Source of the DNA: an uncultured Armatimonadia bacterium
Lineage (GTDB): Bacteria; Armatimonadota; Zipacnadia; CAVVLO01
Assembly: GCA_963749155.1 (NCBI GenBank)
Contig: CAVVLO010000003.1
Span: 515,352 to 579,351, forward strand
DNA length: 64,000 nt
Reading direction: 5' to 3'
A program made the translations under genes and the position numbers. Within the stretch, counting starts at the first letter, position 1. Every line of letters begins with the position of its first letter. Positions 51,893 to 62,463 of this stretch are shown one piece after another. The notes under the pieces were generated by a model. The model saw only the letters and a list, made by a program, of their open reading frames with translations, did no database searches and had not been told where the DNA came from.

Positions 51893-53515
51893 CTACTTGA
51901 GGGCCTCTTCTTCGGCGATGCGGGCGAAGGCTTCGAGGTCAGAGAAGTTGCCCTGCCAGGTCGTATACATAACTCCCTGCAGGTTGCCCGCCGCGCGCCC
52001 TGCGGACAGCCAATCACGCAGCTGTTCCACTGGCGCATCATAATAGCCGGCTACCAGCACCGGGTTGCCCCGCGCCGCGAAGAAAGGCAGGCTCTGGTCG
52101 CGAATCCCAAAGTGCCATGCGACGATGATCAGGTCCTTGTCCAGCCCCTCCCAGGAGCCCGCCAGGTCCCCGTTGACCAGATAGTAGTCAGCGCGCGCGT
52201 TGTGGAAGGGGTCGAACATATCGCTCCACACCGCGATGCGAGCGCCAGGGGCGATATTGCGGATCAGCCGCGCGCAGGTGGCCACGTTGTCGGCGAGGAT
52301 CGCCCCCGGACTCAGATGACGCCGCTGGCACGACTCGTCCCAGTTCAGCACCCGTAGCTCATCATGCATCATAAAGTACGTCTTCGCCTGCCACAGTGCG
52401 TGGACGCGCGCGAGCTGCCCGGCCAGCAGTTCGACCGTCTTCAATTCGGAGGGACAGATGGTCACCTGGGCATCATAGATAAGCACCGCGTGATAGCACG
52501 AAACCCGCAGCCGGGTGCCGTCGGGCAGGTCGGTCCTGATAGTCGGCGGCTCATGCCATACCTCGTAGCTGCCTGAATATGGCACTGTGCCCAGCCTTGG
52601 GTCCACGACAGGCTCGAAGTCCTTCCCCTCGACCAGCAGCTCGCCCGTGTCGTCGCGCTTTACCGTCAGCGGCGCGCCCTCGCGCCGCAGCAGGTTGAGC
52701 AGTGGCGTCTCCTCGATTGTGGCATCATCCCACCACAGCGACCCTGTCTGACCGTCCCAGCAACCGAAGTAGAGGCCGACCTCGGTGTTGTCCAGCGAGT
52801 TGAAGCTGAGGTGATGGACAGTCCAGTCCTGCGTTGGCTTAACGCCGAGGTTCTGGTAGCACAGCGACTGGTTACCGAGGACCGTGACGCGCGGCTCGCC
52901 GACAAAGTCCTGCGTCTTCACGCGCGCGCTGACGTGGTATTGACGGAAGGGAGCCACTTTCACCCGCTGGACAATGCGGGCGTTCTGCCCGTGGGGATCT
53001 CTCATCAGTGCCGCGCCGGCATCCGCGGTGACCGTATCGTCTTTCCAGTCCCACTGCGCCAGGTCGGCGAAATCCGCTCCGTTCAACGCCACCGGCGGGT
53101 CGGCCACCGGCCGCGCCTCGCCCCCCTCGACGACGAAAAGGGCCTCCTTCACCGGCATCCCCTCGGCCAGATTGGGATCCTGACAGAGCAGCTCCTCCGA
53201 GTAGCCGATGGGGCACACGCCGGGGATTATCTCCAGGTGCAGTTCTGCCGCGAGCGCTTTCACCCGCATGCAATTCGTGAAGTACCGCTCGGGCATCTCG
53301 TTCAGACGCCCGAACTTGCTGTCGGTAATGACCACTCCCGTATAACCGGCCGCCGCGGCGCGACGCCAGATACCCTCCAGCCGGTTGACGTTCTCATCCA
53401 CCAGCAGGTTGGTCTGGTAGTAGAGCCACCTGTCCGGCAGTGGCTGACTTTGCTGGGCCAACCCCCCCTGCGCAAGTATCAGGAGCAACAGTACCAGCAG
53501 CGCGCCCACTTTCAT
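51893..53515 (-). CDS. Secreted GH20-like TIM-barrel hydrolase with inserted CBM4/9-like domain
   Basis: Signal peptide, AAAAGYTGVV, YFMMHDELR, VWSDMFDPFHNA and GVMYTTW. Confidence 0.6.
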   Translation of the reverse strand: MKVGALLVLLLLILAQGGLAQQSQPLPDRWLYYQTNLLVDENVNRLEGIWRRAAAAGYTGVVITDSKFGRLNEMPERYFTNCMRVKALAAELHLEIIPGVCPIGYSEELLCQDPNLAEGMPVKEALFVVEGGEARPVADPPVALNGADFADLAQWDWKDDTVTADAGAALMRDPHGQNARIVQRVKVAPFRQYHVSARVKTQDFVGEPRVTVLGNQSLCYQNLGVKPTQDWTVHHLSFNSLDNTEVGLYFGCWDGQTGSLWWDDATIEETPLLNLLRREGAPLTVKRDDTGELLVEGKDFEPVVDPRLGTVPYSGSYEVWHEPPTIRTDLPDGTRLRVSCYHAVLIYDAQVTICPSELKTVELLAGQLARVHALWQAKTYFMMHDELRVLNWDESCQRRHLSPGAILADNVATCARLIRNIAPGARIAVWSDMFDPFHNARADYYLVNGDLAGSWEGLDKDLIIVAWHFGIRDQSLPFFAARGNPVLVAGYYDAPVEQLRDWLSAGRAAGNLQGVMYTTWQGNFSDLEAFARIAEEEALK

Positions 53516-53526
53516 CTGGCTCTTCC

Positions 53527-55374
53527 TCACTTCTCCAGCAGGGCCGGAATCCCCTCAGACAGTTGCACCTCAAGGCCAGTGATGGTTGGAGACTGCCCCG
53601 AGGAGGCCGGACGCCATTCCAGCCCCGAGGTGATGCCTGGCCGGGGGTCATCAAGCTCCAGTCCCTCGATAGTTACCTGCTCGGAGTTCTCGAACAGCAG
53701 CAGCGGGCAGGCGCGCGCCAGCCAGGCGTCCGCTTTGCTCTTGATGACGTTGTTCCTCAGCCTCACCCCGATGCACGATGCGACGTGGATGGCCGTCGCG
53801 GGCATGTCGATGAAGGTGTTATCCTCAATCAGCACATCCCGCTCGAAGGGCACATCGGCTGCGCTGAAGCCGTATTTGGGAGTGCGCACGTTGACCACGC
53901 CAACGCTCGGATTGTCGGCGTACCCCTGGCAGTAGCCGCCTCCGATGAAGGTGTTACCGCGCACGATGTAATGCTGGCCCACCGGTCCCTCCGGCCAGTC
54001 GGGCGAGTTGGCTATCTCGATGGCATTGCCCGAAGTGTTGTCTATCAGGTTGCCTTCGATAATCCCGTCTCCTGCCGAAAGCAGCACGGCATAGCGCCTG
54101 TGTTCGCGCATTATGTTGTTCCGGATTATGAACCCGCTGCCGCTTCGGTCGAGGGTGAACAGTGTATCGGCATCTGTGTGGTCCTTGCCGGCCTTCAGGC
54201 CTTCTACAGGATGCTCCAGCGTCACGCGAAGCAACCGTTGGCCCTCCAGGTCGGCGAGAGCCACGTCCACGGCTTTCACGTTGCCGCGCACGAGGCCTGT
54301 CACGGGATCGTAGACCTGCAAGGTCTCGCCCGGCAGCACCAGCGCGCCCGGTGTTACCAGCACCTCGGTTGGAGAGACAATCTGACGCACGATATTTGGC
54401 GGCACGTAGATGTTGATGGTGTCGTCGGCCATCCCCTCGAACAGACACTCTTCCACCAGCGGCCCCTTGATATTGGCCTGGCAGTGGACCCCATCAGCGC
54501 AGGTGGTGAGCAGGCGGTCGGTATCAGGCTTGAACATAACACGGAAACGCCGGAGCGTCGTGTCCCGGCTGCCGATGACCGCGCTAGCCAGCCCTCCACC
54601 CGTGTAGACGGTAAAATCCTCCACCCCACAGCCCCGGCTGATTTGAAAGTTGACCGGCGGGTTGCCCGACCGCGCAAGCTGGACATACCGGTCACCGACG
54701 GCGAAATGCTTGAGCTTCCACTCCTGCCCTGCGGCCACGTGCATCCGGAAAGTGCGGCCCGCAAGCGTCTCGAACTCGTCTATAAAGCAAAAGTCCGGCG
54801 CGCCCTTCTTCAGCCTGCGCTGGTCCCTCTCGTAGAGCATCCCCCACTTGCCAAAAGGCTTGGGCAGGTCGTTGAAATACCAGTCGGTAAGCAGTGGATA
54901 GCCTTCCTGCACCTCGAAGTCGAAGCTCTTGCCGGCTTCGTCCACCGCCGTGACAAGGCCCTGAGTAAAGGGCAGCGGGTCATAATCGATGGTCACATCG
55001 CGCACCCAGGTGTCGTCCGAGTTCTGTATCAGGAAACCGCCCGAGCGCGGGTTGAAGATGACGAGGTGAGTGGCGCCCGGGATGCCCCGGACGGTCAGCC
55101 CCTTCGCATCAATAAGCGGAAAGCAGAAGCCTCCATTGGGCTCCGGCATCACACGATACTCGCCCGGGCCAATTACTACCTCAGCGCCTGGGCCGGCGGC
55201 CTTGGCGGCCTCGATAGCGGCGCGGATGAAGGGCGCGCTGTTGTCTTGACCAGGTTGAGCGCCATAGTCGGCGACGTTGAAAGTCTTCACAGGGGCCTCC
55301 TCGGCAAGGACAGGGGAAAGAAGCAATACAAGCACCGCGAGCGCGGCGCAGAACAGACCACGGAAAAGCGTCAT
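53527..55374 (-). CDS. Secreted right-handed parallel beta-helix protein (GH110/pectin-lyase-like fold)
   Basis: FNVADYGA, TIDYDPLPFTQG, ADGVHC and FEGMADDTINI. RBS AGGAGG. Confidence 0.75.
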   Translation of the reverse strand: MTLFRGLFCAALAVLVLLLSPVLAEEAPVKTFNVADYGAQPGQDNSAPFIRAAIEAAKAAGPGAEVVIGPGEYRVMPEPNGGFCFPLIDAKGLTVRGIPGATHLVIFNPRSGGFLIQNSDDTWVRDVTIDYDPLPFTQGLVTAVDEAGKSFDFEVQEGYPLLTDWYFNDLPKPFGKWGMLYERDQRRLKKGAPDFCFIDEFETLAGRTFRMHVAAGQEWKLKHFAVGDRYVQLARSGNPPVNFQISRGCGVEDFTVYTGGGLASAVIGSRDTTLRRFRVMFKPDTDRLLTTCADGVHCQANIKGPLVEECLFEGMADDTINIYVPPNIVRQIVSPTEVLVTPGALVLPGETLQVYDPVTGLVRGNVKAVDVALADLEGQRLLRVTLEHPVEGLKAGKDHTDADTLFTLDRSGSGFIIRNNIMREHRRYAVLLSAGDGIIEGNLIDNTSGNAIEIANSPDWPEGPVGQHYIVRGNTFIGGGYCQGYADNPSVGVVNVRTPKYGFSAADVPFERDVLIEDNTFIDMPATAIHVASCIGVRLRNNVIKSKADAWLARACPLLLFENSEQVTIEGLELDDPRPGITSGLEWRPASSGQSPTITGLEVQLSEGIPALLEK

Positions 55375-55394
55375 CCAGAACCTCCTGGGCACTG

Positions 55395-56150
55395 CTAAGG
55401 TACTGGTAGATTCGCCTGAGGGGCTTCTTCCCCTGCCTCGGAGGCCTTGGGGACCTCGGCAAGGGACGCAAGCAGGGCGGCAAGCCCCCAGAGGACGAAT
55501 ACGGAGGCTGCGGTAACGACTGGCAGGAAGAGCAAGACCACGAGTAGGACAGACTCAGTTGGCGACCACCAGGCTGTAGTAGCAGCACACCAAGCGCCCA
55601 GACCAGGACGCACAGCGCAACTAGCGCGATAGATACTTCGCTCAGCTAGTCCGACGCAGTACCTGCCTGGAGGGGCGTCGCTCGAACAGAGCCAGCAACG
55701 CAGGGGCGCCGAGGTAGGCAAGCGGCAGCACGGGGCTCATCCAAGCTGCCATGAGCAGCAAGGCGGCCCCGCCTGTGGCAGAGCTGAAGGCTGGACTGAT
55801 CCGAGACACCGCTACCCCCGCCAACACTGCCAGCAGTAAAGCGGCTACGAATACTGCCAGCGTGACCACCACCGTCTGCCGCCACGCAGGCAGCAACTCC
55901 AGGTCAACAGGCGACCCAGTGCGTCGCCGTACTTCGGCTCTTAACAGCGACAGGAAACGCAAGGAAGAAGCCCACGATACCTAGCGCGCCCCAGGTGGAG
56001 TGGATCTCAAGCCCGTAGTTTTCCAGAAAGATCGGTACCATCGGTAGCACAAAATAGGTGCGGTAAAACGATCACCCAGGCAAGCAGAGAGGGACCATGC
56101 AGATAGTCTTTCCTCGATGGAGCGGGCGCAGCAGTGGCAGTTTCGGCCAT
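55395..56150 (-). CDS. Multi-pass membrane protein, frameshifted
   Basis: Several hydrophobic segments spread over ORF pieces from the ATG at 56150 through 55642..55962 and 55395..55721. Confidence 0.45.
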
Positions 56151-56207
56151 CTCGATCACCCTGAGGAGGATTCGCTACAAGCCCTTGATATCCTGCCGGA
56201 GGGCATA

Positions 56208-57572
56208 CTAAAGCGCCGGTGGCATGTTCTGGAACCTCGAGGCCCTCGACCACCAGTTCAATCCGGCTGCCAGCGGGCAGCTCTGGCTCTCCCGGCTGGC
56301 TGAACCGGGCCAGCACGAGATCGTCGGCCACTTCCACCTCGCCCGGACCCGACACCAAACGGGCGTCCAGCAACCGCACGGGCAGCCGCCAGATGACCGG
56401 CTTGCCAAGGTGCGCGGCGCGGTTCAGCGTCATCGTCAGTTTCAACCGCACCTGGCCTGGCTTCTCGATGGGAAGCCGCTCAAGGGACTGCTCATAGAGA
56501 GGTTCAGTCACGCGCGGCAGCCGGGCTTCATAGGCCGGGTCACCATAGAGCGCCCACACATCGCGGTCGTACGCCAGGCCTTCCTGATTGGAGTCAGTCA
56601 GGGGATGGCGCTCCTCGAACAGCAGCGCCTGGTTGATGAGGAACGAGGCCTCGGCGAAGGTGTACTCGTCCTGCAAGATCGAGGAAATAACTCGCTACAC
56701 CCCAGCCCATATAGCCGAACCAGGTCTCGACGGTGTCAGCCGGCGAACTGGACAGCTCCCCCGCTGCCAAGCCAACCGGCGGCCAGACAGTTGGGCTGAG
56801 TGAGGCGGCCAGCCAGGCAGTTGCCCACTGCATAGATGATTTTCGGATTCGTCGAGTGGATGTCCAGCCTTCTTTTCGCGTTGTCGCGCCCGTAGAGAGT
56901 GCCGTTATCCGCAAGGAAATAGCCCTCTGGATCGGCTGTCGGATAGTGAAGCTGCCAGCCATCGGGCCAGGCGTGGCCACTGGTGACCACGAAATCAGCG
57001 CGGCCCTGGTTGAGGGCGTCGACTAGCGCGGGGGTGTCGTCCTCGGGGCCGTCGTTCGGCTGCTGGAGGGCGCCTCCGGCCTGCTTCACCCAGTGTTCGG
57101 TCAGGTTGGCTTCGGAATGATACTCGCCCTCGGTGAGCTGGTTCAGCCAGCCGCCGCAGGTCTTCAGCAGGCCGTTCTCGACCCTCAGCGGTGGCGCTTC
57201 CAGTTGGCGCAGGGCGTCCTCGGGGCGCGCTCCAGTGAGGATTGCCCATACGGCATCGCCCCACGGGTCGGCATCGAGGGCGCGCGTAAGCTGATGCGCC
57301 CGGCGGACATACTCTTCTCCAAGCTCGCCCAGTTGCCCCACGAAGCAGCAATACTCCGGGTGGAGCCTCGAAAGCTCCCTCTTGACCGACCTTGGAAAAG
57401 CCTCGCCCTCGTAAACGACCAGCGTCCCCGAGTGCTTGTCCAGCGCCGTCTGAACGACCTCTGCCCACCCGGGCGCAGCCAGTGTCGTCTCGCTGACGAC
57501 AACGGCGTAGGGCCGCGCGCAAGCGACGGGGGCAAGGAGCAAGACTGCGACAACCAGGAGGAAGGAACGCAT
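56208..57572 (-). CDS. Secreted protein, possible clan CD (gingipain/C25-like) cysteine peptidase (frameshifts ~56670-56740; 3' end uncertain)
   Basis: Signal peptide, YAVVVS, VVTSGHA, IIYAVGNCLAG, GGAVQFAG and LYGDPA. Confidence 0.5.
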
Positions 57573-57580
57573 CAGACCAG

Positions 57581-58551
57581 CTACTCCTTCAACGCGTCGA
57601 TATGCGGCTGCAGCGCCTTGATGAAAGCCTGCATCGCCTCAATGAGCTTGTCTTGAAGCTCTGGCCAGCGGGATTCGTAGCTGACACCGAAATCCGCCAC
57701 GGGCAGCAGATAGCGCAGGTTGCCTGTCCCTCGGGCGCCTGTCCATTCAAGTGCTTCGGCCTCGAGGGCAGCCTCGATCTCTCGCTGGTCTTGACTCGCA
57801 GTTGCGTATAAAGACGGCGGTTCGCGCTCTGGATCGCTTGGCGTCGAGGGAGAGCTCGACTCTGGACGCATTCTTGTTGACACGTAGTCGACAGTACCAG
57901 AAGAATAACCGTCGCCTATGGCAGCCGGTCAGTCCTTGGAAGGGGAAGGTTGCTCCTGTAAGGCTTGATGCCGCCGCTGCTGCAGCTTCGCGAATAAGCT
58001 GGCTCCAGAACTCCTGCATCGCTTGCTGGCTCTCAGTAAGCTCGTTCTTTGCTGACCAGCGACTGCCTCGCGTTGCCTCGCTTGGGCCCGCGATCAGCGT
58101 TATCAGCGGAGCGGGAGCAGATTCACCTATCTTGACGGCCTCGAACTGCAGCAGGTAGAAGTTATTTGGGCTGTTGTCGTTGAGCCAGGAGATGGCCTTC
58201 ACATGTTCCTGACGCGGCTCTTCGACGAGCCAGATGGCGACCTTGGCTTCCATCGCAGCCATATAGGTCAGCAGCTTGCCCAAGTGGTCGTGGTCGCTCT
58301 TGCCCGAACTGGTTCTCAATGACGATCGTGTTCCCGTATCGGCTAGACGTGCCAACAGAGATCGACCCGGAAAGTTGCCGAGCGTAGCATCTCGTTCGTT
58401 CAAGCTCGGCTAAGCGCAATCCCAGCGTGTCCGGCCAGCAGGTCGCAGATGTTGCTCCCTAAGCCATGGTGTGAAGTCGCTTGTCTCGTTTGGCCAGATG
58501 TCTCGTTACCGGTACGCGTTCCAACTTCCCAAGTTGCTGCTTCAGCGCCAT
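57581..58551 (-). pseudogene. DUF4268-domain / NucS-like PD-(D/E)xK nuclease-fold protein, very heavily frameshifted
   Basis: Reconstructed LGKLERVPV-RDIWPNETSDFTPWL...IVIENQFG-KSDHDHLGKLLTY...IWLVEEPRQEHVKAISWLN...AVKIGESAPAP. Confidence 0.7.
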
Positions 58552-58554
58552 CGG

Positions 58555-59626
58555 TTACACCTTCTCCACGAGCTGACGCAGCAGGGTGAGGTAGTCTCGG
58601 TAGACTCCCAGCGAGGTGCTCGGGTGGACCGAGTGGTCGAAACTCGGCAGGTAGCCGAGATGCGGCGACCATATACTCGAGCGTCTCGGTCACATAGCGC
58701 TCCATCACCTCACCGCCCTGCGCGACGATCAGCTTGTCCAGACCGCCAATCAGCTGCAGCTTCGGATACTGCCTGCGCAGCTCCACAGGGCTGACGCCTG
58801 AGGCGCCTTCCATCGGCAGCACGCCTGTGATGCCCCCTTCGAGGAAGGCCGTCACCAGCGAGCGCATATCGCCGTCCGAGTCCACGATGATGACCTCCAC
58901 CCCGTGCGCCTTCAGGAAGTCCGTGAGTCGCTTATACCTCGGCGTCATCAGCTCGCGCGCGAGGGCCGGCGAGATCATCGGGCCGTTCTTGAAGGCCATA
59001 TCCTCGCCCAGGACGACCAAATCCACCTCGACCTCACTGACGGCCTTCTCCCAAAGCGTAATCATAAACTCGGTGTGGAAGTCCATCATCTCGACGACCC
59101 AGGCCTTCTCGTCCATAAAGGCCACCATCAGGTCCGTGAACTCCATAAAGTCGCGCCCGAAGGCCAGAAGGCCGCGACAGACAAGTCCAACGGGATAGTC
59201 GCGCGTCTTGAGCTGGGCCACGTAGTCGTCCCAGCCGGGGATGTACCGCGTCGGGTCGCTCGCATCGAGCCGGTCTTTTAGCGCGAGGAAGTCCTTGCGC
59301 GTCTTGATGGGGAACTCCACATAATGCGGCATCGCGCTGCCATGCTTGAACTCGCGCTTGAGGACGCCTGTCTCATCGCGCACCAGGCGCGTCAACTCGT
59401 CCTCCTCCAGTACCTGGCGCTCGAAGGCGGGCACAAAGTTGAAGTTTACCGGTAGCCAGGCGAAGGGGTCGTAGCCGAAGTACTGGTTGAAGTCCACGCC
59501 CGCCGGCAGTCCCTCCTCCTGCCAGCGTTCGACGGTCTCGGGCCAGTAGAACATCCATTCCATAAAAGGCAGTCGGTCGGGCTTGCCGAAGAGCATCGTC
59601 TCGCGGAACCGCTCGCGCGCGTTCAT
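58555..59626 (-). CDS. Uroporphyrinogen-decarboxylase / MtaA-CmuA methyltransferase-like protein (frameshifted C-terminus)
   Basis: MNARERF, GEDMAFKNGPMISP, IVDSDGD and LIGGLDK. DHSVHP appears in an alternative frame, and the probable TAA is at 58555-58557. Confidence 0.8.
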
Positions 59627-59666
59627 ACGCAATTCTCCCTGGGCAAAATATTGCTCTGGAGGGGCA

Positions 59667-60920
59667 CTACAGCCCCGCGTTGCCGACCATTACGCCTTCG
59701 GAGAGGACCTCCGGGGGTGCTCCGTTGCGGGCGAGCACGTTGCCGGTGAAGGCCCAGTTGGTGCCAGCGAGGCTTCCCACCCGGCCGTTGTCGGCGATAC
59801 GGCAGCCTGAGATGACCCAGTCTCGCGCGCGCTCTCCGATAACCAGCCCAGAGCCCTGGTTGTGGCGGACGGTCACCCCACTGAGGCTGAAGCTGCCGGA
59901 CTTCGCCACGAAGCCGTTATGAGCGCCAGGCCGGCCATAGGCTCCGCCATTGAAGATGGTACCGCCGGCAATCACCATAATTGCACCGGGGCTGTTCTCT
60001 TCGATCTGGATTTGCGCCTCGTCGCTGCTGGCCGCCCACAGACCCGCGATGCTGGTGTAGGCGTTGTCCACCTGGCGGATGCCAAAGATCGAGCTGTCGA
60101 AGGTCGCGTGGGTAATGAAGATCTCGCGGTTGGAGGGGTTGCCCTCCTCGCCGATTTTCAAGCCTGTGTGCAGGCCGATTATGTCGGTGGTCACGATATG
60201 CACCCCACCGTTGTTGTTGGTGAGATGCACACCGATGCAGGGGAAGTTCTCCCGGTCATGCCCGAGGATGCGCCCGCCGAAGATGCGCACCTCCGAGCCG
60301 CGCGCGACCTTGATGCCGGTGCCGCTGACCCCGCCCCAGAAGAGACAATGATCGAAGGTGGTCGTATCCGTAACCTGCTCTGTGACGATCCCGCTGCCCA
60401 TCCGGACACCCGCGCGGTCGAAAAGCAGATGGTGGAAGAAACTGCGCTCCGCCCCGCCCAGGCAAGCGATGGCAGGTGTGGTGGGCGACTTGTCGGTAGT
60501 CGTGGCAGTGATGGCCAGGTTGCGGACAGAAGACTCCCGGCACGACTTGCCCTCGGGCCACAGCAGCGCCGGGGCATCGTTCTCCTGCAGCAGCCGGGTG
60601 CTCCACCCATCGCCCGTGAGGTCTATCCGGTCGGCACTGTTTATCACCAGAGGCGCGGTCAGGCGGTACCGGCCTGCAGGGATATGAACTCGCCCTCCCC
60701 CCGCGCGCACGCAGGCGTCAATCGCGGCTTGAAGCGCCTGGGTGTCGTCGGTGACCCCATCGCCAGTGGCGCCGAAGGTGGCAGCGGACAGGCTCTGGCC
60801 TTCGGCAGCGCCCTGGGCGACGGCCGGAGCAGCCGACAGCCCCGCTGCGCCGATCCCGGCGATTAGCCCGAGCTTGAGCGCGTCCTTCCTGGTCAGTGGC
60901 CTGCCATGATCGGGTTCCAT
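59667..60920 (-). CDS. Tat-exported pectate-lyase-3-like beta-helix protein
   Basis: LTRKDALKLG leader and FGATGDGVTDDTQALQAAID...GGGRVHIPAGRY. Confidence 0.8.
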   Translation of the reverse strand: MEPDHGRPLTRKDALKLGLIAGIGAAGLSAAPAVAQGAAEGQSLSAATFGATGDGVTDDTQALQAAIDACVRAGGGRVHIPAGRYRLTAPLVINSADRIDLTGDGWSTRLLQENDAPALLWPEGKSCRESSVRNLAITATTTDKSPTTPAIACLGGAERSFFHHLLFDRAGVRMGSGIVTEQVTDTTTFDHCLFWGGVSGTGIKVARGSEVRIFGGRILGHDRENFPCIGVHLTNNNGGVHIVTTDIIGLHTGLKIGEEGNPSNREIFITHATFDSSIFGIRQVDNAYTSIAGLWAASSDEAQIQIEENSPGAIMVIAGGTIFNGGAYGRPGAHNGFVAKSGSFSLSGVTVRHNQGSGLVIGERARDWVISGCRIADNGRVGSLAGTNWAFTGNVLARNGAPPEVLSEGVMVGNAGL

Positions 60921-60930
60921 AAAGCCTCGC

Positions 60931-62448
60931 TTAGCCCTTCTCGAAACGCAAAGTCGTGATAGAGGCCATCGGCAACTCCAGCGCCTTGATGTCCACGCCG
61001 ATAAGCTTCATCGGGCGCACGGCCTGAGGTTCCTCGAAGGTGTTATGCGAGTGGAGGTCCATCCCGCCAAGCTGAGTCGCCTCGGCCAGTTTCCAGGGCA
61101 CTCCATCGCGCAGCAGCAGCGCGCCTTGGACAGCTTCCGCATGGTCGAGATTCACAAGTGAGATGAAGAGTTCGGTGCCATCGTCGTTCACGCTGCAAGA
61201 GACTGACAGCGAGTCGCGCTCAGGCGCGTCAGGCAGTGAGAGGCGTTTGGCCCCAAGCGTCTCCGAGGCCACCAGCCACCCGTCCCGGTGCGGCTTGAAC
61301 AAATCGTAAACATGATAAGTGGGCGTGGCGATAGCCTGCTTGCCCTTCGTCAGCACCAGCGCCTGCAGCACGTTCACGGTCTGGGCCATATTGGTCATCG
61401 CCAGGTCCTCTCCATGCTCGTGGAAACAATGGAAACTCGCCGCCGCGAACAGCCCGTCCATCATTGTGCTGTCCTGGTACATACCGCTCTCGACGACAGC
61501 CTCTTTGTACCAGGTGCCCCACTCGTCCAGCACGACGCCGATGGGATGGCCGTACCAGCTATAAGCGCGCGCAAGGCCGATGGTCTTCTTCAGATAGCGG
61601 TCCATTATCGAGATCTGCCCGATAAGCCTGTAGTAGTCTTCCGTCTTGAAGGCGATATCGGATATCCCCCCGGCCGAGTAGATATGGATGGCCAGGTAAT
61701 CCACCAGGTGCAGGGCGCCCTTCATCGTGTCGAGGAAGCGCTCTTCCCAGTCGGGGATGCCCGCATGCGAGCCGGAGGCGATAAAGCTTGCACCAGGGCC
61801 GGCGGTCTGCTTCATATAGGTGGCGTACTGGCGATAGAGATCAGCGTAGTATTCAGGCCGCATCGAACCGCCGCAGCCCCAGTTCTCGTTGCCGACGCCC
61901 CAGTATTTGACACCATAAGGCGCCTCGTGACCGTTCTCTTTTCGCTGCCTGGTGATGGTCGTGTCCTGAGCGGAGTTGCAGTACTCGACCCAGCTTGCGG
62001 CCTCTTGCACAGTGCCGCTGCCCACATTGGCGCAAAAATACGGCTCAGTGCCGATGAGCTTGCAGAAGCGCATAAACTCGTCGGTGCCAAACTGACAGTC
62101 CTCGGACTGGTTCCACCACAGGTTGTGGCGCTGCTTGCGCCCCTCGCGAGGACCGATACCGTCCTGCCAGTGGTAGTTATCGGCAAAACACCCCCCAGGC
62201 CAGCGCAATACGGGAAGCTCGAGCTTGGCGAGCAATTCGACCGTATCCAGGCGGATACCGCCCTCGTTTTCTATCTCCTTGTGGTCGCCGACCCAGATGC
62301 CTCGCTCCACGCACCGGCCGATATGCTCGGCGAAGTGACCGTAGAGATTGCGTCTCAAGCGGTGCCGGCGCACCTCGGGGTGGACTCGAACGGTAACTTT
62401 GCTGGTAGCAGCAGGGGCCGCTTCAATTATCTGAGATTTTCGAGCCAT
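60931..62448 (-). CDS. abfA: Alpha-L-arabinofuranosidase, GH51
   Basis: YGHFAEHIG, RWPGGCFAD, WGVGNENWGCGG, LDEWGTW and AQTVNVLQ. Confidence 0.93.
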   Translation of the reverse strand: MARKSQIIEAAPAATSKVTVRVHPEVRRHRLRRNLYGHFAEHIGRCVERGIWVGDHKEIENEGGIRLDTVELLAKLELPVLRWPGGCFADNYHWQDGIGPREGRKQRHNLWWNQSEDCQFGTDEFMRFCKLIGTEPYFCANVGSGTVQEAASWVEYCNSAQDTTITRQRKENGHEAPYGVKYWGVGNENWGCGGSMRPEYYADLYRQYATYMKQTAGPGASFIASGSHAGIPDWEERFLDTMKGALHLVDYLAIHIYSAGGISDIAFKTEDYYRLIGQISIMDRYLKKTIGLARAYSWYGHPIGVVLDEWGTWYKEAVVESGMYQDSTMMDGLFAAASFHCFHEHGEDLAMTNMAQTVNVLQALVLTKGKQAIATPTYHVYDLFKPHRDGWLVASETLGAKRLSLPDAPERDSLSVSCSVNDDGTELFISLVNLDHAEAVQGALLLRDGVPWKLAEATQLGGMDLHSHNTFEEPQAVRPMKLIGVDIKALELPMASITTLRFEKG

Positions 62449-62463
62449 ACTGGCAACTCCTTA

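Noticed and set aside
53440-55398. 652-aa plus-strand ORF
   Set aside because: Antisense shadow of the beta-helix gene.
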